Shown here: one piece after another, positions 25,874-38,850 of the stretch | Layout: each line of letters begins with the position of its first letter | Numbering within the stretch: position 1 is the stretch's first letter | NCBI GenBank assembly: GCA_951406725.2 | Contig: OX597824.1 | Span: 63,984,001-64,048,000, forward strand | DNA from: Octopus vulgaris | Lineage: Eukaryota | Direction of reading: 5' to 3' | DNA: 64,000 nt | Notes under the pieces: generated by a model | The model's input: only the letters and a program-made list of their open reading frames with translations | Databases searched by the model: none | What the model was told of the DNA's origin: nothing | Program-made: the position numbers and the translations under genes

Positions 25874-28800
25874 GTTTCTTTATTGGCCACACAGGGCTGC
25901 ACACAGATGGGACAAGTTACAAGGTAGAGCTTTTCTTTTGGGAGATGAAAGAAAAAAAACGGTGGCGTAGGTTTTCGATCAAAAGGGATCGTAAAAGGAA
26001 AAAAAAAGGAAAAGGGAAAAGAAAAAAGAAAAAAGGGAAAAGAACAAAAGAAAAGAAAAATGAAAAAAGAAGAAAAAAGAGGAAAAAAGGGGAAGAGGAA
26101 AAAAACGATCAATAGGGATCGTATATCACAGTGTCATGATGTATGGTGTAAAGGGGAAAGCAAGTAAGGTTTATCCGTGGGAAGAAAAGCCTACGAAAAT
26201 GACCACGGTAACCTTGGTCAATATTGTTATATGTTACCACATTTGTTTGCAAGTGGGTAACCCTCTGTTTTCAATTTCTGGGTTCATAGGATTATGCTCA
26301 AGGTGGCTTCGTCATTTATACGTGCCATCCTTGCTACATTCACCCATCTTTTTTTAAAACGTTCGCTAGACAACACTTGCCTCTCTACTCTCACTTTCCT
26401 TTTCAAGTGGTACTTGAAGAAGTTGATGAGAGGTTGACCAGAGAGGAAAGTGTTTGTCTCCAATCCTTTCAGACGCGTCCACCAGATACATTCTTTCGCC
26501 ATAGCCACAAGGATGATGAAAATAGCTCTTCCTTCCCGTTTGAAGGAAGGAGGCGTGGCAATATTGACGATAGATTCAGCTGATAAACCGACTCGTCCCA
26601 CACGTGACAGCAGTTGTTCGACATAAGCCCACAGGTCGGAAATTGTTGGTCACTGCACGAGTGCGTGCAGAACGGTTTCGTCGCTCTGACCGCATCTCGG
26701 GCAGGTCGGCCCCGTGTTTCTCGAGCCGTGTCTGTAGAGCTTATCCCGAACGGGTAGCGCTTCTCGGTAGCACTGCCAGGCCAGGGATCTCTGGAAGTTG
26801 TCCATGAGCCCTGGCCCAAAAGTCGTCCTGAACAGGCGGGTCAGGTATTCCTCGTCGACGTCCAGGTTCGCCCCGAGCTCGTCGTCGTACCTCCCCTCCA
26901 CTAATCCCCTATAGAATGCTTTGGTTGTGATGGAGTCACTCAAGGTTGACCCAGGAGGGCAGAGTTGCTTGAGAGCAACGTGACACTCGCGGTGCCATTT
27001 GCCCTTCCTCGGCCTCTTTTTTGATCCACGATTGCAGTTCGGTCATAGAGACGAGCTGCGGGAAAGCGTGCCTCACAAACGGCGACCACACCTGTTCACC
27101 GTCGTCTACGAAGAGCCTGAGATGTCACAGTCTCAGCGCGTCTGCGCATCATCAACCACGGCATGCCCAGTCCTCCTTTTAACGGGTGTTGACAGCAAAT
27201 GGATCGCCTGACCATCGGGACGCATCCTTTCCACGAGAAGCGAAAGAGAATGCATTCTAGTTTGGTGATGGTAGGGTCGGGACAAGGCACGACGGTCAGG
27301 CGGTAGTAGATTACGGACGCGATGTACGTGTTCGCCACCTCCGCCCGACCTTTTAGGGACAGTTTTCTCTCGGCCCATTGCCGGGCGAGAGTGACCACCC
27401 TACTCGTTATCTCGTTCCAGTTCTTCTCCATTTGGAGGTCCGGACCGAACCAGACCCCGAGCAACTCGACCGGACCGTCGGTCCAGCGTCCCACGACGGA
27501 AGCGCTGGTGGACGGCATGGGCTTGCTTCTCCAGGTGCCTAGTTGCAAGCCCACTGACTTTTCCCGGTTGATTTTTGCTCCTGTCACCGCTTCGTAGTTT
27601 TTCAGTGTCTCGCGGACCTGCTCGATGTGCTCGTGGCTAGACACTATGACGGTGACGTCGTCCGCGTATGCAGACACGCTCGTCCCGCATCCCAGTTCTC
27701 GCGGGATGCCCCTCAGAGTTGCCAGCTTCCGCAATAGTGGCTCGGGAGTCAATACGTATAGAAGCGACGAGAGGGGGCATCCCTGACGGACCGAACGTGC
27801 GATGTCGAAAGGTCTCGATAGATGTCCATTTACGCGAATTACCGAACGGATGCCTCTGTACAAAGCGGCTATCCAGCCGCGGAAGACGGGACCGAAGCCA
27901 GCCACTCTGAGGACCGCCTCCAAGTATCGATGGTCTACCCTATCGAAAGCTTTCGATTGATCCAAATTGATCAGCGCCCCACCCATGCCAGGTTCATTAA
28001 CTACCCTGTCTACGATGTAGCGCATCAGGTGGAGGTTGTAATGGATGGTCCGGCCCGGCACGGCGCACGTATGCGCCTTGTCGACCAGTTTCTTGATGAC
28101 AAGCGCCAACCTCTTGGCTAACACCTTGGCCAAAATTTTCAAGTCTGCATTAAGCAGAGTGATGGGCCTAAAGTTATCTATTACATTTCCCTTGTTTAGA
28201 TCTTTCTTCAGCAGTGTTACGGCTCCTCAGCTCACAAAACCAGGATTGCTCCCGTTTTGCTGCCAGTTGTAGTACACCGCTGCCAAGACGTCTCCAAACA
28301 AGTCCGGCATACAACTGTAAAGCTCGTAGGGCAGAACATCCAAACCCGGCGATTTGTCCCTCGAGCATTCTGCCATCGCGTCCTGCACTTCCGCCGCCGT
28401 GATGGCACCTTCGCAGCACACTGCCTCTCTTGTCGAGAGTCGTGGTAGGCTGTGTAGGTAGGCATTGAAGTCCACCCTACGTTCTTGCACGCCACTCGTC
28501 CCGAACAGTCGGGTAAAATGCTGTTGAACACATTTTACTTGGCTCGATCAATTCGCGCCCCTGTTCATCTACCAGAGATCGAATTGTGGCTTTGTTGCCC
28601 TGTTGCACCTCTGCCACCCGGGCCTCTCTCGCGGCTCCAACACCTTCGTTCCTTAGAGCACGCATCCTAGCTCTGACAGCACACTCTTCGTGTTTGGCGT
28701 TGAAGTGATGGTCGAGGGCCAACCTCGCCGCCAAAACGTCGGATGCGATGCCGCTTCTAATTGCCTCTTCTAGCTTCTTAACTAGCTCACCTTCTACTCT

Positions 28801-29543
28801 ATTTCTATCTATGGCTAGTGCTTTGCTGTACCTAATCGCCTCTGCTTTTACTGCTCTCTTGAGGGCAAACCACCATTTGTTGTTGATGATGGATCCCGTC
28901 AAAGCCCTCTTTACTAGTGTGCTAATCCGGTCTCTGAAAACCTGTCTCGATGGGAAAGACGCGTTTAGTTTCCAGTATCCGGGACCCTGCTGAAGTGTCT
29001 TACCTAAGTCTAGCGTACATGTCACAAGTTTGTGATCCGTGTAGCTGACTATGTGGAATTGTGGGCATCCTATGCTATCTCTATCTACTGTCCTACACAG
29101 TATCCTATCTAGATACGATCTCGACGACCCGATGCGGTTGATCCATGTCCACGTTGGCGCATTCGGGTGGTCTAGTCGGAACCTGTCAGACAGTTGAAAG
29201 CGTCTGAGCAGGTCTCTGAGGCATTTGCATCCCCGTCTATTCCTATCTCTACCCACGTAGTCTACATGCGTGTCCAAGGTAGCATTCCAATCCCCTACTA
29301 AGAGTAAAGGACGAGACGTTCCCAAGAATACTTCTAGACGTTGAAAGAAATCCGCCCGACCTGTTAAGGGCGGTGCGTAGACTGATACGAGTCGAAAAGC
29401 GCACCCATTGCTGCCGTCGACATCCAGGACGACCAGTCTACCCTCCGGGTCTACGAATATTGTCTTTACTTTGAGATCCAGACTCTTGCGAAAAACTACC
29501 GCGGTGCCACTACCGCCCATTCTTGGCAGACAGGGGGAAAAAT

Positions 29544-29546
<3 letters not shown>
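25873..29546 (-). mobile_element. Tx1-clade (L1 group) non-LTR retrotransposon, 5'-truncated, with frameshifted ORF2
   Basis: APE endonuclease (VGDWNA, SYLDR, TDHK; ORF 28477-29520). RT (SPGLD, LDQSKAFDRVDH, VRQGCPLS, YADD; 27096-28490). C-terminal CPRC..ETVLHALVQ zinc knuckle. Pyrimidine-rich 3' UTR ending AATAAAGAAAC. GC- and CpG-rich. (GATA)n on both sides. Confidence 0.93.
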
Positions 29547-29641
<95 letters not shown>

Positions 29642-29682
29642 TATAGGCATCCAGCTACAAGAAATAAGCTATGAGAATTTCT

Positions 29683-29721
29683 GTGCTGAGGACGCCTACT
29701 GAGGCAGAAACATGTGTCCGC
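29683..29721 (+). ncRNA. Minimal type I hammerhead ribozyme motif (Penelope-type)
   Basis: gtg CTGAGGA c gcct actg aggc a GAAAC atgt GTC cgc: complete core, 4-bp stem II, palindromic ACATGT in stem III, short stem I. Confidence 0.6.
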
Positions 29722-30879
29722 CACTGCAGCCTTATCACATTTCAATCTGTCTTTTCCTTAATGCTATGTCAATTTTGGAGAATTCTTGAAATTATCTCCT
29801 GATCGCATTTGGAATTGGTACCAATTACCACTAAGCGATTGTTCTCTAATCCCTGAAGCTGAGATGATTTCAGTAAGTCAATAATCTTTCTTGTGTGGTA
29901 TTTAATATACCCATATTCGACTTTGTTATGCGTATGAATTATATATATATATACTATCCTTCACCGTTCTACATCCCTACAATATTAATAACTGCGAAAA
30001 GACTGAATAACTGGGATATTTTTCGAAGGAAATTCATTTACGAGATTTGTTGTGCAACACTTACATAAGCCCCCATCACACAATAAGTACCACGGGTATG
30101 TATATACGATAGAATATATCCGACTATAAAATAATTATCGAGTTTCCGACAATAAACCGTCATATTAGAAATCTAAGGAAGATTACTTTATTTGAGAGTT
30201 ATCTCCCCTAGATATTTTTCTTTCTCCTATTTTTCTTTAAAATATTTCCATGCATATGAAGAATTTTGTTGTTTACATCATAAATTAGCTTACATAGAAA
30301 GTCACAAATATTACAACTTTCCGTAGATATGTAAAACAATGGATACCTATCATGTTATTTAAGCGATCTTCGCAAACTATCAGCGAAAAATTTCAGGCGA
30401 ATCTAATGAATGTCATGTTTCCGACTCCCTGTCATGACTAGTCCATTATACCTTAGTCTTCGCGGCTAATATTAAATTATCTTTGCGTAAAATCATGCCC
30501 GTTTACAATCGCAGGAGATGAAAGAAGGATGATTATGTGGACTCTCGATATGACAGAAATAATAGCTAAATATCTTTCAAACCCCATTACTGCATTAAAT
30601 AAATTGGAACACATTAGATAATACAAATGCAGTCTCAGCATTAATAGTTATCTCTTATTCTTTTTACCTTTTACTTGTTTTAGTCATTTGACTACGACCA
30701 TGCTGGAGCGCCGCCTTCAAAGGTTTTTAGTCGAACAAATCGACCCTTGGCCTTCTTTGTTATTAAGCCAAGTACTTATTCTATCGGGGACGTAAACACA
30801 CAAGCAACAGTTGTCAAGCGGTGGTGAGTGACTAACACAGACTCAAAGACACACACAGACATGAGTTTATACATACGTG

Positions 30880-33400
30880 TGTAGTGAATCTTGCAAGCAT
30901 GAAATGGATTCGATCCACCATAGCCAAATTTAAATTAACAGTTCAACGGAACTTTTCTCACGGTGGAACAATGGGTTATTTTCTCTGACAGCAGTTTTAC
31001 ATTTGCCAGATTGCCTTTAGCTAGGCCGAAATAATATCTTCACCACTTGACCCTTATAACATCTTCTACTTTACCAAAAGCTAGAATAGAGATATCACAG
31101 TACCACCAACGAAGCCCTTTGTTCTCAACGATATGTCTATCCTCCTGGGTAGTTATAAAAACAAGAACCCGCAAGCAAAAGACAGTTAGTCACTTTGGTG
31201 ACAACTCGTGAGTTGAGAGATAGCTAACATAGTTAGAGAACCGACCACTAGAATCATGGAAGCAGGCAGACAAAACGGCCAGAGGGAAAAGGAAAGACAA
31301 CGTCCCACACTCTCTCACTCTCACTAGCTCTAATTCTGTTCTCTTACAACATCATTTTATTTCTCTCAGTAATTACTACTAAACGATGACGAGAACACAA
31401 ACACAACCTATGCAAGGAAAATTTATATCCATCTTTACTTTGCATGCTTTATGATTTTTATCACCTGCCCGTCGAGGCAAGGTAATATATTCAATGTAAC
31501 GGTTAAGTAAATATTTTCTTAAAACTTCATGCATTGTCCATCTTTCACATCTTACAACATGCCGTTATAACAACAAATTTTTATCGTTACAACTGCCGAC
31601 TCCGATATTTCATATTATTGTGTACCTAATCAATCTTACCCATTACAATTGGTAACTACAATAATTAAAACCTAACCGTTACAACTGGTGACCCCGTGGA
31701 AAAAGAATCGCTGCCTTCTGAAGCTGCATTACCAACAAATTGGTGACTCGTGTCAAGAGAATTGATACCTTCCTATGCTACATGCCGTTACATTTTGCTG
31801 ATTCGAACTAAAGAACTAGAATATCAACAGTCGCTAAACCAAAGAAAAAGAATGACAACCTTCGTCACCACCAAGATGCACCCTCTATCGACCTCCTACA
31901 GAAAACTCTGTATTGCAATGCAATCCACGATGCACATCACAACAATGTAACACTGCACAAGGAGTTTGCGGACCATGGAAGCCAATAAATGCATAATTTC
32001 GACAGCTACGTTCCCAGAAACTAACTGGAAAACAATATGGGAGCACATATGTACAACGTCTTCACCGCAAACTCGAATAAGAAGCGGGTGAAGAGTCCGC
32101 TGGCCGGCGAAATACATACAAGTTTTCTATTTCAAAAACATTCCAGGTGAATGATTTACAGGCACCAATGCCTTAAATTCTACACGAACAGCTACACACC
32201 TTATTTATTTATATTTTTCTTTCCACTGAACTTCACAAAGACCATAACTGTAACACATTGCATTAACTCAAATTCCTGTTTGTGATATTAAATTAAAATT
32301 GATTCTGCTTACATTCTATCAGATTCAAATGAACTGAACATTTTATTCTTGAACTGAAAATTTTATTCATGAACTGAACATTTATTCATAACCTGAATTT
32401 TTGTTTGCATGCCTTCTCAATTTTATTCATATTTTGCACTTCCACTTTCTTTCAGTCGCATTGTCGCATGTTGCATTTTGCATGTATATATATTTTTCTC
32501 TCCTTCACTTTGACAATGTATTGTTGCATATACACACGCATACACCTTATCTCAGCGCCTGGCCTTGCAACGCATCTGCACACATGGTTCATACACACAC
32601 ACAGACATGCTAACTCTGTCACATTCATGCACCAACATGCCTTTCTCGCTTGTTTTTCATGCTATCTGCGCCCTTGTAGACACAACTCATTTCTGTAAGA
32701 CCCTAGGTCGGTCACGCATACATAGAGAAAGTTGTTTGTCCCTTACAACGCACCAGCATGTCACACTTTTATTCCTGCACGCTCGAGGCATACAATACCT
32801 CATGCACCGGCTGATATATTCAAAACTGCCTTAACCACTGGCATATTCAATACTGTAGACTGTATTTGTAATCAATGCACTAGTATTAGCCTCAGCCTTG
32901 CAAGCTCTATTGCACACATGCACATGCATCTCTATTATGCATCTACCGCCTTGTTTTGCAACACTTCTGCGTCAGCTCAATTCTTCTCCCGACTCAAAGC
33001 ACGTCAGCTGTTCACATGCTCTGCGCTCATGTTTAGACATAATTTCCCCCTGTTAGACCCCTGTTACTAACAGAGAAAATTATGTCTCGCGCATCTCTCT
33101 AGCATGCTTACACTGTCATCCTTGCTAATTCAACAATTAACCACGACAACAGCACCAGACGCATTTCACTTTGTAAAAAGATTCCAGGCATTTCACACAC
33201 TGCAACCCTGCAGGAAGATCTTTCATATCATGGATTAAGAATACACTCACTCACTCGCTCACCTGAACTTATTTTACAGTCAATTTCAAAACGTGCACCT
33301 GCACTTCTGTATACGACCTCACGCGCACACACGCGCTCCTGCCCATTTTGGCACTCAGAGTGACATTGTCCCGTATACACTTCAACAATCCTCTCTTCTG
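30880..33400 (+). mobile_element. LTR-retroelement remnant (Gypsy-like): LTR, PBS and decayed interior
   Basis: ...taaccgttaca (ends 31683), then ac, then TGGTGACCCCG (31686-31696), complementary to the tRNA-Trp 3' end. LTR start is either tgtagtg (30880) or tgtaacggtta (31495). No second LTR or intact ORF seen; right boundary uncertain. Confidence 0.5.
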
Positions 33401-34595
33401 ATATGCAAAATTTCTCCTCAACTATAGCTTTTGGGTTCTAGAGGTCTCAAAAAGACAAAAAAAAAAAGCTAATTTTATAGTTTTGGCACTTTTTAACCCG
33501 TTGTATCTAATTCCTCTACGAAATCTCTTTTTAAAAAATAATCAAATCGTGTTAGTGAATTCTCGTGAGGGTTTTTCTTCCAGAAGGCACAAGAGTGGGA
33601 GAAAAGCAAAATTAACTGAGGTTGATGTCAACGAAGAAAATTTTCTTTTCTACTCCAGGAACAAGGCCCGTAATTTTGGGGAAGGGGACCAATATACAAC
33701 TTGTACTTAATTTATGACCCCAAAAGGATGAAAGACAAAGTCGACGTCGGTGAAATTTGAGCTCACAACGTAAAGACCGACGAAATGCCGCTTAGCATTT
33801 TGCCAGGCGTGCTAACGACTCTGCCAGCTTGTGTGAGTGAGAAAGTAACAAGGAGGAAGGTTTGGGGATGTGCTAGAAACAACAGCCAGATCTCCCTTAA
33901 ATCACACATTTTCCTCTGAAATTATTAACAATTTTTTTTTAACCGAAAATGTTTCTCTCATAGTGCGTAGTGAAAAAAAGTGACCAAAATTGTTTCGGAC
34001 TGGGGTGGTGAAGGGGTAGCGGAAGAAAAATTTTTTTTTTTTCGTAAAAAGATGTCTCCCATCATTCTGAAGACTTTGATGAGACATATTGTAAAAAATC
34101 CCCGTCAAAATGGAGAAATTCCTACTTATGCGGGCCGTCTGATTCGAAACTCCGTTTTCCAGATACTCCTCCCACCATTGCCCCGCCCCTTCCAGAAATT
34201 TTGCCTGCAAATTTCTTTGTAATAGTAATCTACCCCGTTTGAAAGGTTTTTGTATAAAATGTCATTAAAAAATACCTTTTTTCCAGAAAGTTATGAGGGG
34301 AAAAATGTCGGGCCCTGTGAATTTCCAGAAACTCCTCTACCCAACATCTCACAAAACTTATTTCCAGCAAATCATTACACACATTCAACCTACAGGATAC
34401 AAACGTTTATTTGGTAAAAGTTTCGTTAAAAAGTATCCATTTTCTGGAATTTCATGAGGCAACAAAATCGGAGGGAATTTTAATGTGTAGTTATGCCTTT
34501 TTCGATAAAAGTTAATGCTAACGGATTAACGTTAACTTTTGTTAACGGATTAATGATTAACGAAGTTAACTTTTCGATTAACGGTGCCCAACTAC

Positions 34596-34629
34596 ATATA
34601 TATATATATATATACATATGTATATATAT

Positions 34630-34687
<58 letters not shown>

Positions 34688-34748
34688 TAGATATATAATA
34701 TATATAATATATAGATATATAATATATATAATATTTATATCATTTATA

Positions 34749-34790
<42 letters not shown>

Positions 34791-34796
34791 TATATA

Positions 34797-34847
<51 letters not shown>

Positions 34848-34865
34848 ATGTATATATATATATAA
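34596..34865. repeat. Compound (TA)n tract, representative of dozens of TA/CA/CT/AAT/GAT microsatellites
   Basis: Directly visible. Confidence 0.95.
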
Positions 34866-35263
34866 TATTTATATTATTTATAATGTTATTTAATTGAACG
34901 CCACACATCCATTTCCAAGTAAGTTTAACTTAATCTTTTTGATGCGACTCTACTCTATACTACTTTCTTCCCCACCCTAATCCTTTTCTCTCCCATTTTT
35001 TCTCCCCTTCACCGTTTGCTATCTCTCTCCCCCTTTCTCTTTTTCTCTCTCGTTGCTCACACGTGACCATCGTCCATCTTTCTTTTCCTCGCGTGATCAT
35101 CTTTCCTTTCCTTCGGGATTCTCCTAAGGACTGGATGTATTCTATCTCTCTCTTCTATCTTTTCTCTTTTCAAAGAAAATATTTCTCCAGCATTCGCTAT
35201 TTTACCCTCGTTCTGGTCTAACGACCCTTCATGTTTGTTTTCGTTCGATTTCCTTGTATGTCT

Positions 35264-35356
<93 letters not shown>

Positions 35357-35382
35357 TGTATGTATGTGTGTGTATATAGACA

Positions 35383-35510
35383 CGAGGGATGTATGAAAAG
35401 TTTTGAGCCTTCAAGGCCTTTGAGCGTCGAAAGTACAAGTGTTGTACTTTCATAGAAAGTCTTGTACCATGTTTTTTTTTTGAGATTCAAGTCTTTTCAT
35501 ACACCCCTCG
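35383..35510. mobile_element. Very small Tc1/mariner MITE
   Basis: TIRs cgagggatgtatgaaaag / cttttcatacacccctcg|ta, sitting in the (TA)n middle of a SINE. Confidence 0.7.
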
Positions 35511-38109
35511 TATATATATACGACAGGCTCCTCTCGGTTTCCATCTACCAAATCCACTCACAAGGTTTTGGTCGACCCAAGGCTATAGTAGAAAATACTT
35601 GCCCAAGGTGACACGTACTGAAACTGAACCCGAAGCCATGTGGTTGGGAAGTAAGCTTCTTACCACACAACCACGGAAAGGCCGCTTTGAGCAAAGTTCT
35701 ATTTGCTTTATCTGATCTTGGATCTAAATATCACATTCAATAACATCATACCCGTTTCAGCTAATACGTCCCCTTTTCTCTATACATATTCCTATCTCCC
35801 CCTAGACTTCAATATTTCTGGCTTCAAGATTCAATACAAGATTCAATGAAAGGGCCTCGACCTGGTAACTCTATTTGCTAGAAATAGCAGCCAAATCTTC
35901 CTTCACATTAAACCGGAAATGGTACAACAGACAATGTAGTAATAAAGACAGGATGGTCACACCTAGAATATGTATTGTAGGTTGGTTCATCAGAGATTAC
36001 TTTGGGTTAAACAACACGGACGGTGGTTGTAGTGTCATGCCGATTAAACATTTGTTACATATAAAATTGTCCGAATCTAGATGTGAGAACTATCATCCGT
36101 GGTCAAAATACTTAACTCTCAAACAGGTTTATTCCGCCGACTGCTGCAGTTGGTGTCCTCATCGTCATTGTTGTCAGACTATATGCCAAAGCGCCTCCCT
36201 ATTTTTGCCAAAATTTTCAATCCCTCTCTTTCCCCTTCTCACCCCCTCTCCCTCTCCCTCTCTTTATCTCCAGATTTTTTTATGCCAAGGTAGTCAATTC
36301 CTGTGACCCAAACAATTACAGAACTATCACTCTCACTTCCAATATTTCAAAAGCATCCTCCTTATGCACTGTCTTCTCACTTTTCCTTTTCTGTCACCCA
36401 TTTGGAGTCGATAAAACACAGTACCAGTTGAATACTGGGGTTGATGTAATCAACTTACTCCTCCTGCGAAATTGCTAGCCTTGTGTCAAAATTTGAAATC
36501 ATTACCATTATTATTAAAAAGGAGAAGGCGGTGAGCTGGCAGAATCGTTAGCACGATGAACAAAATACTTAGCGACATTTCTTTCGGCTCTTTACGTTCT
36601 GAGTTCAAATATCGCAGAGATCAATTTTGCCTTTTATCTTTTCGGCCAGGTCAATAAAATATGTACCAGATGAGAACTGGATTCGATGTAGTCGACTTAC
36701 CTCTCCTCCCGAAACTGTTGGCTTTGTACCTAAATTACAAACAACTATCATGTCAGAAACAATTACTATAGGAAGGCAAATGTATTCAAGATTTCAGAGT
36801 TGTCCCCCCCTGCTTTCCTTGACTAGATTTAATCATTGATCGTTTCATCTTTCTCTTCACTCCAGGGAGGATCTGGTCAAATTAGTTTGTTGTTTTTTTT
36901 AGTTGCTAACTTTATCTATTCTGAGACGTAAATGTTTCGTTGTTTCTCGAAAACGTTTGAGCGCCGAACTAAAAGCTTTTGATGGAGTTTTGTTGTTGTT
37001 TTCTTTCTTTTTTCACATTCTGCTGATAATGTCTAGACCTCATCGAATTACCCTCATATGCTGGTACTAAGTTTCAGTCTTCCATAACGTTTACTGGATG
37101 TTAGACAATTAGTAGTTAACCTTAATGTATGATATTATGATTATTTATGACTATAAGACGGGAAAATCAGCGCATGTAAAGTTATATGTAAGGAAATGAT
37201 AGAAAAATCTTCATCTGGGTAGGGCGCTGGTTTGTGTTTCGGGTACCTTTTTATCTTCCCATAGGAGAAAATAAAAACATTGAATCAAAGACATAACCAC
37301 TCTGCATATTTACAGCGAGTTGGACTTTGCTACAGACAGGATACCACTCTAACCGTATTTGGCTGGCCAAACAGTAAACTTATATACTGCCCCTTTCTGT
37401 TTAGATTTTACCAGGATCTAACGTTATTTTCACCTATGAAGAAGAACCATGAAATAAGAAACGATAGTCACCTAGATTCATCTCTATTGAACAATATTTC
37501 TGGAATGAGCAGACGGGCGAACAGGGGAGATTGTAACGAAATAAAATGGTTTATATTCAACATGAAGCATACATCAAACTCTACGTGGCAGTTTCAGATT
37601 TATTTTCTGTTCTTTACTATCTACTCTCTCCGTTTGAAAAATATCGGAAATATTAAGTACCTTGTTTAAAATACACTACCAGACCAGAGGCAACATCTAA
37701 ATAATTCCAATAACTTCAAAAGGCACGTAAATGTTGGAATTGAAACCTGACGAAATCGGGCGAAAGGAAAGAGCAAGAAAATTTCCCTAAGGTATCGCAA
37801 GTAGTTTTCGTTAATAAATACTCCAGACAACTGTGACAATTTTTGAGATGTAACATAGAAAATTTCTAAGAACTTGTTTTGTTCAATAAATTGATACTTA
37901 GCCGGTGCAACAAGCTGTGACTCCTGTAGTATGAAGTATCATTTCAGTACCAAGATTTAGTCAACCAAAGAGATAAAACGTCTTATTGAATAAGGTGTCT
38001 GTTCTTCCACCCCTTCTCTTCAAAAAGAGTTTGAAGTCCCTTGCTTGCTTTTTCTGACATTGTAGAAACGACTAATGTCGCAGCAGATCCACTGTGGATT
38101 TTTTCAGCC

Positions 38110-38850
38110 AACACCCATTGTCATACCATTATATTGGGTTGGTGCATAATTATTGCGGCTATTTTTCAACAAAAACAATATTTAACAAAAACATCTTTAA
38201 ATGACGGTCTGACCGTCTGCCAAGCAAATGGGAAGCAGTAATTGAAATGGATGGTGAATATGCTCCGGAATAATCATTTAAAAATGTCTTTGTTACAAGT
38301 TGCTATTGTTTTTGTTGAATAAAATTTGTTGAAAAAAAGCCGCAATAATTATGCACCAATCCAATAGTACTGAACGAAATCATAAAGCATGGCCTAGTCA
38401 CTGCAGGCTTCCCTTTTCAACTCGAGCCAGCCGGGAAAGACCGATGAGACAGTAAAAGGCCTGGCGGTATAACAAGTTTCCCATTTCATGGCAGTAGCCC
38501 TCTCATCTGGGATGTCATTTGCTGTGACACCTTCTCCGGCGAAAACTTGGTGTATTCAGCTACCAGCCCAGGCTGCACTGCTTCTCAGGTTGAGAAAAGG
38601 AAATTGTTGAAGTATCGGTCGCTCTCTGGCAGATTTATTTTTGAGCCTCTGACAGTGGAGACCTCCGGCGTTCTCGGCCCCAAGACCATATTCCTGCTCA
38701 CTGCTATCGGAGCGGAGATGGCTATTCCCAAGTGCAAGCCTCGTGAGTCAGAGTGACTGTTCCAGCGCATCTGCCTTACTACCTCCCATGGCAACGCCTT
38801 TTCCACTTTATCTACTGGAACCATAAAGTGGTCTGAATTACAGGAAATCG
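38110..38850 (+). mobile_element. CRE-like (restriction-like endonuclease) non-LTR retrotransposon 3' fragment
   Basis: LNEIIKHGLV, KRPGGI..FP, LIWDVICCDT, EKRKLLKY..L..RFIFEPLTVETSGVLGP and LFQRI...GNA are typical of the REL C-terminus. Confidence 0.7.
38134..38364 (+). mobile_element. Mariner MITE nested in a CRE-like element
   Basis: ~40-bp TIRs ttgggttggtgcataattattgcggct / gccgcaataattatgcaccaatccaa with TA flanks; retains the transposase end LPSKWEAVIEMDGEY. Confidence 0.85.

Noticed and set aside
30461-30506. Minus-strand MILRKDNLILAAKTK|gtataa as a first coding exon
   Set aside because: Weak donor, and phase 0 is incompatible with the phase-1 acceptor at 14364.
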